A stretch of 64,000 nucleotides of DNA, from positions 4,304-68,303 of IMG/VR virus record IMGVR_UViG_3300042731_002679. One strand, given 5' to 3'. The notes below the pieces were generated by a model. It was not told where the DNA came from. It made no database searches and was given only the letters and a program-made list of their open reading frames with translations. Source of the DNA: a virus. The stretch's first letter is position 1. Every line of letters begins with the position of its first letter. Position numbers and translations under genes: made by a program. Below, piece by piece: positions 8,902 through 17,847 of the stretch.

Positions 8902-9654
8902 ATGAGTGAAACCGCCCTACTCAACACGGCCCTCGACGCCACCTACAACGCGCTCGATGGCAAACCAGAACCCGCGTCCTACGACCGCGAACAGCTTCTC
9001 AGTCTGATCCAGGGCAGCGCCGATTGGGAGGCGGCGAGAATCGGCCGAATCACCGGGTCACGCTTTGCCGACATTCTCACCCAGCCGCGGTCGAAAAAAG
9101 ACAAGGAAGCCGGCGCCCTGTCGAAGACGGCCGAATCCTACATGCTCGACGTGATCGCCGAGCGACTGACCGGCGAGGCCCAAGAGGCTCCGATCCCCCA
9201 GCGCTACGTCGAGTGGGGCCACGAACACGAGCCCCACGCCCGGGTTGTGTACGAGGATTTGACCGGCAGTGAGGTCAAGCAGATCGGACTGCTGGCCCAC
9301 CCGGACGACCTGAACATTGCCGGCAGCCCAGATGGGCTGGTTGGCGCAGACGGCGGCCTGGAAATCAAGTGCCCGTACAACAGCCGAGTCCATCTTGGCT
9401 ACCTGCTGGGCGGCGTGCTGCCCAAAGAGTACGAGGCCCAAGTCCACGGCTACATTTGGATGTCCGGCCGCGACTGGTGGGATTTCGTGTCGTTCGACCC
9501 GCGGTTTGTGGATGCCGGCCTGCACGTCGCCCTGTTTCGCGTTCGGGTGCTTCGCGACGACGACTGGTGCGCCCGGCTGGACGAGGCCGTGTTCGCGTTC
9601 CGCGACAAGCTGGAAGAAACTCTCCAAACCATTCGAGAAAGGACAGCGGCATGA
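8902..9654 (+). CDS. YqaJ/lambda-type exonuclease
   Basis: W..AR.G.ITGS, WGHEHE, GSPDGLV, LEIKCP, Y..QV. Confidence 0.92.
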   Translation: MSETALLNTALDATYNALDGKPEPASYDREQLLSLIQGSADWEAARIGRITGSRFADILTQPRSKKDKEAGALSKTAESYMLDVIAERLTGEAQEAPIPQRYVEWGHEHEPHARVVYEDLTGSEVKQIGLLAHPDDLNIAGSPDGLVGADGGLEIKCPYNSRVHLGYLLGGVLPKEYEAQVHGYIWMSGRDWWDFVSFDPRFVDAGLHVALFRVRVLRDDDWCARLDEAVFAFRDKLEETLQTIRERTAA

Positions 9655-10736
9655 GTACCGAACTACAGACCACGAAACCCCAAGCGACCGGCCTGCGAGC
9701 CTGGGTCGAGCGCCCCGGCGTCCCCGAACAGATCGAGGCGGCCCTGGGCGGCGTGATGGCCACCGACACGTTCACGCAGCACATGATGATCGCGTTTCAG
9801 GACCCGGACGTGGCCAGGTGTTCCGACAAGTCCAAGTACACCGCGTTGCACCAGTGCGCCGCGATGGGACTGTTGCCCACGCTCGATCAGGTCAAGCTGA
9901 TCCCGTACAAGAATGAGGTCAAGGCCATGCCGCAGTGGCAGGGCTTCAAGGCGCTCATGGAGCGGAACCCGGACATCCTGGAAGTGACCGGGCACCTCGT
10001 CCACGTCACGGACCATTTCGAGATGCACAACGGCGTGCCGACCCACACCTTCAATCCGTTCGACGAGGCCCGGACGATTGCCGGCCCCAAGGACATCGTG
10101 GGCGGCTACTGCAAGATCGTCTACCGCGACGGTCGGCCGCCGAAGTACCATTTTGTGACCCGCAAGCACATCGAGAAGGCCCAGAAGTGCGCCCAGACGC
10201 AGAAAATTTGGAGCGCGTGGTACGAGCAGATGGCCCTGAAGACGCTCTACCGCGACTGCTACGCACGCCGGGCCGTGGCGTTCGACCCGATGGTTGCCGA
10301 CCGAGTGCAGCAGGCGATCGACCTGGACAACCTCAATATGGGCAACGACCCCCGGCGGGTCGAGCCCGACGCGATCGACAGCCTCCGCAAGCAGGCCCGT
10401 CTGGCACACCAGCAGCAGGAGGCCCCAGAAGACGCCCCGGAGCCCCCGGCGCCCGAAGAGGACCCCGAGCCGACCGAACAGCCCGGAGACGCTGAGGCGA
10501 GCCAGGAGGAACCGGAAGCGGGAGGAACGGAGTGGGTCTACGCCCACCTGGACCTGGGCAAGTTTCTCGACGACATCCCCCCGGGCTGGCGACACCAGCT
10601 TCGCGAATGCGATGATCCGGCCAAAGTGGAGTACCTCAAAGCCGCCGCCGGCCGGGACAAGCGGCTGACCGACAAGGCGGTCAAGGCGATCGTCGGGGCC
10701 TGCGACCGGATTCTGGCGGCAGAGATGGGAGGGTGA
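9651..10736 (+). CDS. recT: RecT-family ssDNA annealing protein
   Basis: CAAMGL, LIPYK, WQG, W..WYEQMALKT; directly downstream of exonuclease. Confidence 0.85.
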   Translation: MSTELQTTKPQATGLRAWVERPGVPEQIEAALGGVMATDTFTQHMMIAFQDPDVARCSDKSKYTALHQCAAMGLLPTLDQVKLIPYKNEVKAMPQWQGFKALMERNPDILEVTGHLVHVTDHFEMHNGVPTHTFNPFDEARTIAGPKDIVGGYCKIVYRDGRPPKYHFVTRKHIEKAQKCAQTQKIWSAWYEQMALKTLYRDCYARRAVAFDPMVADRVQQAIDLDNLNMGNDPRRVEPDAIDSLRKQARLAHQQQEAPEDAPEPPAPEEDPEPTEQPGDAEASQEEPEAGGTEWVYAHLDLGKFLDDIPPGWRHQLRECDDPAKVEYLKAAAGRDKRLTDKAVKAIVGACDRILAAEMGG

Positions 10737-10739
10737 GAC

Positions 10740-11141
10740 ATGGCACACGCCCCACTCGATTCTGACATTCAAGACCTCAAAGACGAGAAGCGACGAGCAG
10801 AGACTCGTCTCAGGGAACTCCGCGGAAAACTCGAAGCCGCAGAAGCCGCGAAACTCGACGCCGAGCGCGACGTTCTGAAACCGCTTGCGATTCGTGCCCA
10901 CGATCTGCTCTGCCAGTACAACCATACGGACGGATGCGGGTGGGGATACGAGAGCCAGGGAGGCCAGCACAACTGGCAGAGCCATGCCCACATTCGTTGG
11001 CTAGAAAAGGTTGTTCAGTGGACCGATACCCCCAAGTTCGGTGATCGTCTCACGCCAGAGAAGTTGGGCGAGATACTGGACATCATCGAGCAAGGCAAAA
11101 AGGCCCACCGTGACTTCCTGGTGATCGTGAGGAATATGTGA
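10740..11141 (+). CDS. hypothetical protein
   Basis: GGAGG SD; coiled coil followed by HDLLCQYNHTDGCGW. Confidence 0.7.
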   Translation: MAHAPLDSDIQDLKDEKRRAETRLRELRGKLEAAEAAKLDAERDVLKPLAIRAHDLLCQYNHTDGCGWGYESQGGQHNWQSHAHIRWLEKVVQWTDTPKFGDRLTPEKLGEILDIIEQGKKAHRDFLVIVRNM

Positions 11142-11146
11142 CACAA

Positions 11147-11221
11147 CCCAGCGGGGGCGTGGGGTGCAGAAGCCGGCCTATGGGCCGGTCGCGGTATCAA
11201 CCGCAAGACGCCCCCGCTGGG
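11147..11221 (+). other. intergenic three-way-junction RNA/DNA structure
   Basis: 14-bp perfect inverted repeat CCCAGCGGGGGCGT/ACGCCCCCGCTGGG enclosing two small hairpins. Confidence 0.55.
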
Positions 11222-11255
11222 GCTTTCCAACGTCAAACAACGAAGGAAAAGTTCC

Positions 11256-11591
11256 ATGTTTTTCGTTACACGCGAACAACTGATTGCTCTGTTGGAATGC
11301 CAACGCACGCACGACGCTGCATGGCGGGAATTTCCCATGCTGTACGAGGACAAGCCCGACTTGCAAATGCACACCCTCGATATAGTCGCCGACATCGTCG
11401 GCGTGCCGGCAGACAACACGGTGGAAACGCAAGCCTGCGAAATTGCCAACGCCACCGGCGAGTGGCCGGAAGATGCCTATTGCCGAGACTGGGTATTCCA
11501 CGACTGGGAATCGGTCGAGGATGGCAAACAGACCGCCGAGTGGTTTCTGCGCCAGCTTGAGGAAGAAGCAACTCGACACGCCGCGGGGTGA
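11256..11591 (+). CDS. acidic hypothetical protein
   Basis: AAGGA SD, ORF track. Confidence 0.65.
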   Translation: MFFVTREQLIALLECQRTHDAAWREFPMLYEDKPDLQMHTLDIVADIVGVPADNTVETQACEIANATGEWPEDAYCRDWVFHDWESVEDGKQTAEWFLRQLEEEATRHAAG

Positions 11592-11655
11592 CAGACAGCA
11601 CGACCCCCGGCCGCTTTGATTTCCGTAGACCACTTTCAACCCAGGGAGAAGAACG

Positions 11656-11937
11656 ATGGCGAAGAAGAAGCCCAGACAGACCCAGACAAGGATCGAGGGA
11701 ACCTACGATCCGGTCCCCGAATCCTGCGAGGACGCCGCGCGTGAGTACGTCGATGCGCTCTACAACCGCATGGAGTGGCAGCGCACCGAAGACGAAGCCC
11801 GGCCCAAGCTGGTCGACGCCATGAAGGCGGCCGGCGTCGATGCCTTCGAGTGCGACGGCTACAACGTCGAACTGCGCCACATCAGCGACGACAAGATCAA
11901 GGTCAAGAAGGTCAAGGCAGCCAAGGCCGATGACTGA
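11656..11937 (+). CDS. hypothetical protein
   Basis: GGAG SD, genome-typical GC3. Confidence 0.7.
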   Translation: MAKKKPRQTQTRIEGTYDPVPESCEDAAREYVDALYNRMEWQRTEDEARPKLVDAMKAAGVDAFECDGYNVELRHISDDKIKVKKVKAAKADD

Positions 11938-12121
11938 GCCTGAACCCACTCCCCGGTGCCCGTTCTGCGGGTCGAAGAAGACCTACGCGGAGGGGCATCG
12001 GAACTACTTCTGCATGTCCTGCAAGCGGGGCTTCGACGACGACCCCGACGAGGGCGGGGATTACTCCACGGACCCGACTCGGCGTATGGAGCAACTGGAG
12101 CGACGGAGGGCGCGACGATGA
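11930..12121 (+). CDS. small zinc-ribbon protein
   Basis: CPFC...CMSC. Confidence 0.65.
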   Translation: MTEPEPTPRCPFCGSKKTYAEGHRNYFCMSCKRGFDDDPDEGGDYSTDPTRRMEQLERRRARR

Positions 12122-12234
12122 TCTGCATCTACATCGTGGCCGGCTCGGCGCTGGCCGGGTTCGTGGCCGGCTGGATCACGAACTACGTGCTCTGGGCGTG
12201 GAGCGAGGGGTACGGACGCCGGAATCGTTCTTGA
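12118..12234 (+). CDS. small membrane peptide
   Basis: ATGA overlap, GGAGG SD, single hydrophobic helix. Confidence 0.5.
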   Translation: MICIYIVAGSALAGFVAGWITNYVLWAWSEGYGRRNRS

Positions 12235-12258
12235 CAGCCCGGCCGCGGCGCGGACAAT
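12231..12258 (+). promoter_or_regulatory. sigma70-like promoter upstream of the initiator gene
   Basis: TTGACA-N16-GACAAT. Confidence 0.5.
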
Positions 12259-12306
12259 GGCGGATGCCTTAACCAACACGGATGAAGGAATGGTCAGTCT
12301 ACGAAC

Positions 12307-12400
12307 AAACCCCCCGACCCAGTGGCCAGGGCGCTCCGCAAGGGCGTCCAAGGCGGCCCTTCACCGCCTGGCGACGACCACTGGGTCGGGGGGTTTCTTT
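12307..12400 (+). ncRNA. structured leader / attenuator (C4/CI-like architecture)
   Basis: 19-bp perfect inverted repeat AAACCCCCCGACCCAGTGG/CCACTGGGTCGGGGGGTTT with two inner hairpins and a T-rich tail. Confidence 0.5.
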
Positions 12401-12418
12401 GTGCGCGGAGGCTCTGCT

Positions 12419-13192
12419 ATGGCTGCCGATTGGATCAAGATTGAGCACGGACTGCACACGAAGCCCGAAGTTCTCCAGCTTGCCGATCTTCTCGAAACCT
12501 CCGAAAACGAGGTAGTTGGCCTACTCGTCCGATTCTGGCTTTGGGCTGACGCGAATCTGTCCCCTGAATGTCCCACCGTCGTCGGGACAACATCAGGACT
12601 GAATCGGGTCGTCGGGCGGGACGGCTTTGCCGAAGCGATGGTATCGACAGGGTGGTTGATTGCCGACAACGGCTCGGTCTCGGTTCCGAACTACGACCAC
12701 CATTTGTCGCAAAGTGCTAAACAGAGGGCACTTGAGGCGAAAAGGAAGCGAAAGCAACGTGCGAAAATGTCCCGAACTTGTCCCGGGACATCTGGGACAA
12801 AAGGTGGGACTAGAGAAGAGAAGAGAAGAGAAGAGAAGAAAGAACCCCCTAAGTCCCCCAAGGGGGATCAGTGGTTCGATGCGTTTTGGGCGTCGGTGCA
12901 TCTCAAGGTTGGAAAGGCTAACGCGGAGAAGGCTTTCGCGAAGGCCGTCAAGCGCGTAGCCCAGGAACGGGAGTGTCTGATGCATGAAGCGGCCGAGCAC
13001 ATCGTCGAGCGAATGAAGGCGTTTGCCAGGACGCCGCAGGCCAACCCGGCTGACCACAGCCCGGTCCACCCGGCGACGTGGCTTAACGGTGGCCGGTACG
13101 ACGACGACCCGGCAGCGTGGGGTCGCGGCGACCGCCAGCAGAGCCTTCCCCTGGACAACACCCCGCACCAGCCCACCCGGAGGTACGACTGA
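12419..13192 (+). CDS. phage replication initiator (replisome organiser)
   Basis: MAADWIKI...KPEV, REEKRREE linker, F..FW, HPATWLNGGRYDD; adjacent to dnaB. Confidence 0.8.
   Translation: MAADWIKIEHGLHTKPEVLQLADLLETSENEVVGLLVRFWLWADANLSPECPTVVGTTSGLNRVVGRDGFAEAMVSTGWLIADNGSVSVPNYDHHLSQSAKQRALEAKRKRKQRAKMSRTCPGTSGTKGGTREEKRREEKKEPPKSPKGDQWFDAFWASVHLKVGKANAEKAFAKAVKRVAQERECLMHEAAEHIVERMKAFARTPQANPADHSPVHPATWLNGGRYDDDPAAWGRGDRQQSLPLDNTPHQPTRRYD
12558..12845. repeat. putative replication origin: TGTCCC/GGGACA iterons plus purine tract
   Basis: TGTCCC and GGGAC(A) clustered at about 12558-12590 and 12768-12810, then (AGAAG)n; lambda-like ori inside the initiator gene. Confidence 0.55.
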
Positions 13193-14637
13193 TGGACGAC
13201 GACCGGCTGCCACCGCAAGACATCGACGCTGAGAAGAGTGTGCTGGGTTCTGTCCTGGTTGACCCAACCTGCCTGGATGCCCTGGCTTTCCTAAAGCCCG
13301 AAGACTTCTACGCCGACGCCCATCAACGGCTCTACCGCCACCTGTCCGCGATGTACGACGAGGGCCGCAAGGTGGACCCGGTGATGGTGATCGACCGGCT
13401 ACGGAGCGCCGGGGACCTGGAGGCGATCGGTGGACCGGCCTACATCGCCGAAGTGGCCGCGACCGTCCCCTACGCCAGCAACGCCGCCCACTACGCGAAG
13501 ATCGTGAAGAACCGAGCCACCCGCCGGCGAATGATCGACGCCCTGGAAGTTGCCCGGGGGGAACTCTACAGCGACATCGGCTGCGACCCCGACAAGGTTG
13601 CCGACGCCGTTCAGCAGCAACTCACCGAAGCGGCCACCGGGGGGACGGACGGGAAGCCGATCCACGTATCCGCGGCGACCCTGGATTTCCTCGACCACGT
13701 CGACCGCATCATGGAAGGCAGCGAGCAGGCCGGCATGATGACCGGGCTGCCGCACTTCGATGAGCAGATCGGCGGCCTATTCGCCCGGGAGCTTGCCCTG
13801 GTGGCTGCCTGCACCGGGTTCGGCAAGACGGCGTTCGGCTGCCAGGTGGCTTACCACTTCGCCTCGCACGGCCGGGGGGTGGCCTACTTCTCCCTGGAAA
13901 TGGCCGCCCGAGAACTCGCCCAGCGAATCCTGTGCTCGGAAGCCAACGTCAGCAGCCGGCTGATCCGCACGAACACGCTGAAGGCGACCGACCGGGAACG
14001 GCTTGTGTCGGCCTCGCAGCCAACCACCGAACTGCCGCTGTGGTTCAACGCCCAGTTCAACCTGACCACCCAGGAGATACATCGGTGGGTGAAGTGGCTG
14101 CAACGGGAGCGCGACATCAAGCTGGTCGTCGTCGACTACATCCAACGGCTGACTCCGACGGCGCCGCGTGGTTCGACCAGGGAACGAGAGGTGGCGTCCC
14201 TGAGCGACGGGCTGAAACGGCTGTCGGTCGACACGAACACGGCGGTCCTGGCCTTGTGCCAGTTGAACCGAGAGGCCGATAAGGAGCGGTTTCCGGCAAC
14301 GCGGCACCTCAAGGAGTCCGGGGCGCTGGAGCAAGACGCCGATCTTGTGGCGTTCCTTTGGAAGTACGACTGGGATAAGACCGAGTCGGCGACCGAAGAG
14401 GCGGAAGCGGAGTCGCTGAAGGAAGGCCACCAGGATCATCCCTACAGCCGGATGCTGTACGTTCGCAAGAGCCGCAACGGCGAGGTGGGCGACTTCCCGC
14501 TGTCGTGGGTTCCGGCGCGAACGAAGTTCTACCGGCGTGGGGATTACCAGCCCGAGTACACGCCGCACCAGCAAGGGCCGCCGCCTGGTGCTCACGAAGA
14601 GTTTACCCCATACGCACAAGAGAGGATGGACTTTTGA
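13192..14637 (+). CDS. dnaB: replicative DNA helicase
   Basis: PPQDIDAEKSVLG, GFGKT Walker A, FSLEM, VVDYIQ, QLNR, LKESGALEQDAD, KSRNG. Confidence 0.96.
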   Translation: MDDDRLPPQDIDAEKSVLGSVLVDPTCLDALAFLKPEDFYADAHQRLYRHLSAMYDEGRKVDPVMVIDRLRSAGDLEAIGGPAYIAEVAATVPYASNAAHYAKIVKNRATRRRMIDALEVARGELYSDIGCDPDKVADAVQQQLTEAATGGTDGKPIHVSAATLDFLDHVDRIMEGSEQAGMMTGLPHFDEQIGGLFARELALVAACTGFGKTAFGCQVAYHFASHGRGVAYFSLEMAARELAQRILCSEANVSSRLIRTNTLKATDRERLVSASQPTTELPLWFNAQFNLTTQEIHRWVKWLQRERDIKLVVVDYIQRLTPTAPRGSTREREVASLSDGLKRLSVDTNTAVLALCQLNREADKERFPATRHLKESGALEQDADLVAFLWKYDWDKTESATEEAEAESLKEGHQDHPYSRMLYVRKSRNGEVGDFPLSWVPARTKFYRRGDYQPEYTPHQQGPPPGAHEEFTPYAQERMDF

Positions 14638-14816
14638 ACGGGACCAACACCCTTGCCGACCGAGCGGCAAACCCGACCGGCTATCAGAAGATCACATTCG
14701 ACGACAAGCTGATCGTGATGCTGCGAAACGACCTCGACCGAGATCGAGCCATTCTGCTACTCCACCAGATTGCCGACCGGCTGGAGTTGGCCCGAGAACA
14801 GGAGTTGACGCGATGA
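14634..14816 (+). CDS. small hypothetical protein
   Basis: TTG start overlapping the dnaB stop; stop overlaps rusA start. Confidence 0.5.
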   Translation: MNGTNTLADRAANPTGYQKITFDDKLIVMLRNDLDRDRAILLLHQIADRLELAREQELTR

Positions 14817-15256
14817 TCCAATTCACCGTGCCAGCAGTCCCCGTCGCCCAGCCAAGGCCCCGAGCCTGCATGGTCGGCAGCGGCAAGGGCGCACGCGCTG
14901 GCCTGATTGGTGCGTCAAGCAAACACCCGATCAACAGTTTCAAGGCGGCGGTAGCCCATGCCGCGGCCGAAGCGTACTCGGGGCCGCCGCTCGACTGCCC
15001 GCTGGTAATGCGCATCGTCGCCGTGTTTCCGAGGCCGAAGGCGAAACAGTGGAAAACTCGGCCGATGCCGCGGGAACCCTACATCGCGAAGAAGAACGAT
15101 TGGGACAACGTCGGCAAGGGCGTCTGCGATGCGTTGAATCAGCGGGTGTTCGTTGACGACGGGCTCTTGTGGCGTGTCACGGTTGAACGATGGATTGCGG
15201 CCGGCGACGAACAACCGCACGTCGAGGTGACGATCGAAGCACTTGCCCCGGCCTAG
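14813..15256 (+). CDS. rusA: RusA-family Holliday junction resolvase
   Basis: PVAQPRPR, DWDNVGKGVCDALN...DD. Confidence 0.9.
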   Translation: MIQFTVPAVPVAQPRPRACMVGSGKGARAGLIGASSKHPINSFKAAVAHAAAEAYSGPPLDCPLVMRIVAVFPRPKAKQWKTRPMPREPYIAKKNDWDNVGKGVCDALNQRVFVDDGLLWRVTVERWIAAGDEQPHVEVTIEALAPA

Positions 15257-15272
15257 CCGGAGGGAGAAGCCG

Positions 15273-15893
15273 ATGAGTGAATATCCGAAATGTCAACACG
15301 GTATCGGTGATCCGAATGGGCTGGAGGAATGCCGAGAGTGCCGCATCGCGGAACTGGAGGGCGACGTCGAGCAACTCCGTAAGGCCCTTGACCATGAACA
15401 CGAACAGAGAATCGAGGCGGCTGTCGAAGGCAGCCGATGGAAGGCGGAAGCGGAGCGGCTGAAGGCGCACGACCCCGAGGGATGGGCCGATTGTGCTTTG
15501 CACGAATACGAGCAGCGGGAAAAGATACAAACCCAACATGCTGCCGAAGTGGCCGAGTTTAACGCTGGCTGGGAGGCGGCCCAACGTGGCGAGCCCATGA
15601 GCAACGACCCCGAGCCGCCAGAAGATAATTGGCGGAATGGCTGGTGTGCGTTTCACGGGCTGAATCTACAGGCCGAAGTCGAGCGGCTGCGAGAGCACAA
15701 CGCCGGGGCGTTGGGAGCACACCTGGCGGTGTCGGCAGAGCGGGACAAAGCGGTTGCCGAAGTCGAGCGGCTTCGCGGCATCTTCATTCCGTTGGCCCAC
15801 AACATCGCCGCCGAACTAGACGGCGGCAACTACGACTATTTGGCCGAGGAGCTACGCGAAGCCGCCGAGAAGGGAGAAGCCGATGCCAACTGA
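15273..15893 (+). CDS. mosaic coiled-coil protein (ead/Ea22-like)
   Basis: Repeated AEVERLR/AEAERLK segments. Confidence 0.65.
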   Translation: MSEYPKCQHGIGDPNGLEECRECRIAELEGDVEQLRKALDHEHEQRIEAAVEGSRWKAEAERLKAHDPEGWADCALHEYEQREKIQTQHAAEVAEFNAGWEAAQRGEPMSNDPEPPEDNWRNGWCAFHGLNLQAEVERLREHNAGALGAHLAVSAERDKAVAEVERLRGIFIPLAHNIAAELDGGNYDYLAEELREAAEKGEADAN

Positions 15894-16266
15894 CCAAACC
15901 AACGGCCGCCTGGCATGTAGCTGGATGCGTGACCGCAAACCGCCCGAGCCCGAGCGGCCGAAGGTGGCGCTATGCGTGTGCGGGGGTACGCACCGCCCCG
16001 CTTTCGATCCGGCTGACGTTTCGTGGTACTGCCCGTCGTGCGGGCGCAACGGCCCCGATGGCGACCCAGACGCCGCGAAGTGGAACGCCGACCAGCGGGC
16101 GTTGCGGGAGCATGAGTTACTGCGGGCCTACTTGGCAACCGTTTGCGATCATGCCCCCGTTAGATGGCGCAAGTTCTTTGACAGGTTTGGCATCGAGCCA
16201 TCATACCCGGCTGCCGTCAGCGTTCTCGCCCGCCTGGCCGAACTGGAAGAGGAGGCGATGGGATGA
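15883..16266 (+). CDS. Lar-like zinc-finger protein
   Basis: CVCG...CPSCG...AAKWN pattern resembles the restriction-alleviation Lar family. Confidence 0.5.
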   Translation: MPTDQTNGRLACSWMRDRKPPEPERPKVALCVCGGTHRPAFDPADVSWYCPSCGRNGPDGDPDAAKWNADQRALREHELLRAYLATVCDHAPVRWRKFFDRFGIEPSYPAAVSVLARLAELEEEAMG

Positions 16267-16427
16267 AAACCCCCAGGCGAATCTTCCTGCAACCTGACAT
16301 GGGTGACGGCGAAGGCCGGACCTGGGCCGGCAACCGCGTAACCCCCGACGACGTGGAGTACGTGCGGGCCGATCAGGTTGCACGGCTGAAAAAGCACCCG
16401 AAACCCAAGGGAAAGCCGAAGCCATGA
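16263..16427 (+). CDS. small hypothetical protein
   Basis: MKTPRRIFLQ...DVEYVRAD; GGAGG SD; ATGA overlaps at both ends. Confidence 0.6.
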   Translation: MKTPRRIFLQPDMGDGEGRTWAGNRVTPDDVEYVRADQVARLKKHPKPKGKPKP

Positions 16428-17002
16428 CCCCACCTGTCCCGATCCCCGACTTCGCAATCCGCCGGTTCCAAGAGACGGGCGAGGTGGCGCTGGTGTGGCC
16501 GGTCGTGCCGCAGCCGCCGGAGTATGCGTTGCCGACTTCCTGGTGGAGCAGCGGCCAGACCCCGGTAGCGATTGAATTCGACCGCATTAGGTACGACTTT
16601 CCCGTCCGCCCCGGCGATGTGCTGGAGGTGAGGGGCAGTCCATACGGACGGTGCCCCCGCTGTAATGCTCTGGGGGAATTGCGTGAGCGGCGACCAAACG
16701 GGAACGATACGTGCCACAATGGGCACGTCTATCCCAGCCGTGACGCCAAACCTGACACGCTTCGCCTCCCCGTCGCCGCCGTCGATGCCAAGCGGTTCTC
16801 GGAAGTGACGGAAGAGAAACTGAGACAGGCGGGAGTCGGGAGTCTGATGCCAGAAATGCCCCAAGACCCAGGGGATGATTACCCAGACCCGTGGGAAGTG
16901 TTTGGTCACTGGTGGAACGAACAGCACGCCCACCTCGGCCCGGCGTACCTGGCTGAGGCTGACCCGTATCTGTGGATGATAACTTGCAAGGGAGGTGGGT
17001 GA
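16424..17002 (+). CDS. hypothetical protein (ASCH-like frame with Cys/His insert)
   Basis: PGDVL.V...L.V..V...W....P..W pattern interrupted by YGRCPRC...NDTCHNGH. Confidence 0.6.
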   Translation: MTPPVPIPDFAIRRFQETGEVALVWPVVPQPPEYALPTSWWSSGQTPVAIEFDRIRYDFPVRPGDVLEVRGSPYGRCPRCNALGELRERRPNGNDTCHNGHVYPSRDAKPDTLRLPVAAVDAKRFSEVTEEKLRQAGVGSLMPEMPQDPGDDYPDPWEVFGHWWNEQHAHLGPAYLAEADPYLWMITCKGGG

Positions 17003-17202
17003 TGGACGATTTCAAGTGGGTAGGTATTTGCCTGTCCGTGCTTTTTGTGGGGGTGGGCGTTACTAAGTCGGTGGAAACGTACATGGACAGAGCCAGCGAT
17101 CAGAAGGCAATGGAATTGGGCTACGAGCAGGTATGGGATGCTGAGGCCAAACAGGTCTTGTGGAAGCCGATAACCAAACCGCCCAAGGGGCCGGGGGGGT
17201 GA
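17002..17202 (+). CDS. small membrane protein
   Basis: GGAGGT SD, N-terminal hydrophobic helix. Confidence 0.6.
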   Translation: MDDFKWVGICLSVLFVGVGVTKSVETYMDRASDQKAMELGYEQVWDAEAKQVLWKPITKPPKGPGG

Positions 17203-17286
17203 TGCCACATGACTCCGCAGCCGGCCTTTAGCCCAGTACCGCGGAACTTGTAACGACGCCCGGCGGCGAAGCCGGGCACAAGACAA

Positions 17287-17383
17287 GGCCCCGTGGCATA
17301 ATTCGAGGTCAAGCCAACGGGATGGACTGGCGGGACTACTTTCCGCTTGCCGCTGGCTCCGGGTTCGACTCCCGGCGGGGCTT
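17287..17383 (+). ncRNA. tRNA-like RNA with a 29-nt structured insert in place of the anticodon loop
   Basis: Acceptor GGCCCCG/CGGGGCT, T-arm CCGGG-TTCGACT-CCCGG, D-arm with AATT..GG, anticodon stem AACGG/CCGCT. Confidence 0.6.
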
Positions 17384-17412
17384 ACTTAAACCACTAGCAA
17401 GGGAGGCGAGTG

Positions 17413-17847
17413 ATGAGTAGTTACGAACAGCAAGCCCGTGACCTGCTTGAACAGATGTGCGGTGCTTTTGAGTGGAACTACCCCCAACGGCTGACGGCCA
17501 GCGACGTGGTCGAACTAGCAAACATGCTTGCCGAACTCGCCCGCCTCCGCCAGCGGGTGGCCGAGTTGGAGGCGGAGTGCGATCGGTTGCGGGAAGACCT
17601 GGCAACCGCCAACGACGATTACAATCGCCAGTTCATTGGGAGAAGCAGAGCCGAAGATGCCCTGAAATTCGCCGTCGGGTTCCTGCGGGCGATGGCTTGT
17701 AAGGCCGTTGTCAATTGGGGCGATCTAGCAGGGATGGTTCGGCCGTATCCGATACCGCCGGATGGTGGACTCTACCGCCACTACGCCCGCCGGGTCCTCG
17801 ACCGGATCGCGGAAATGCGGGAGGGAGGGCAGGGCGATGCCGACTGA
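17413..17847 (+). CDS. hypothetical coiled-coil protein
   Basis: GGGAGG SD, ORF track. Confidence 0.65.
   Translation: MSSYEQQARDLLEQMCGAFEWNYPQRLTASDVVELANMLAELARLRQRVAELEAECDRLREDLATANDDYNRQFIGRSRAEDALKFAVGFLRAMACKAVVNWGDLAGMVRPYPIPPDGGLYRHYARRVLDRIAEMREGGQGDAD

Noticed and set aside
17321-17349. Intron-containing tRNA-Pro(TGG)
   Set aside because: Removing 22 nt leaves G32/A33 instead of Y32/U33, the acceptor lacks tRNA-Pro identity, and the insert is too short for a group I intron
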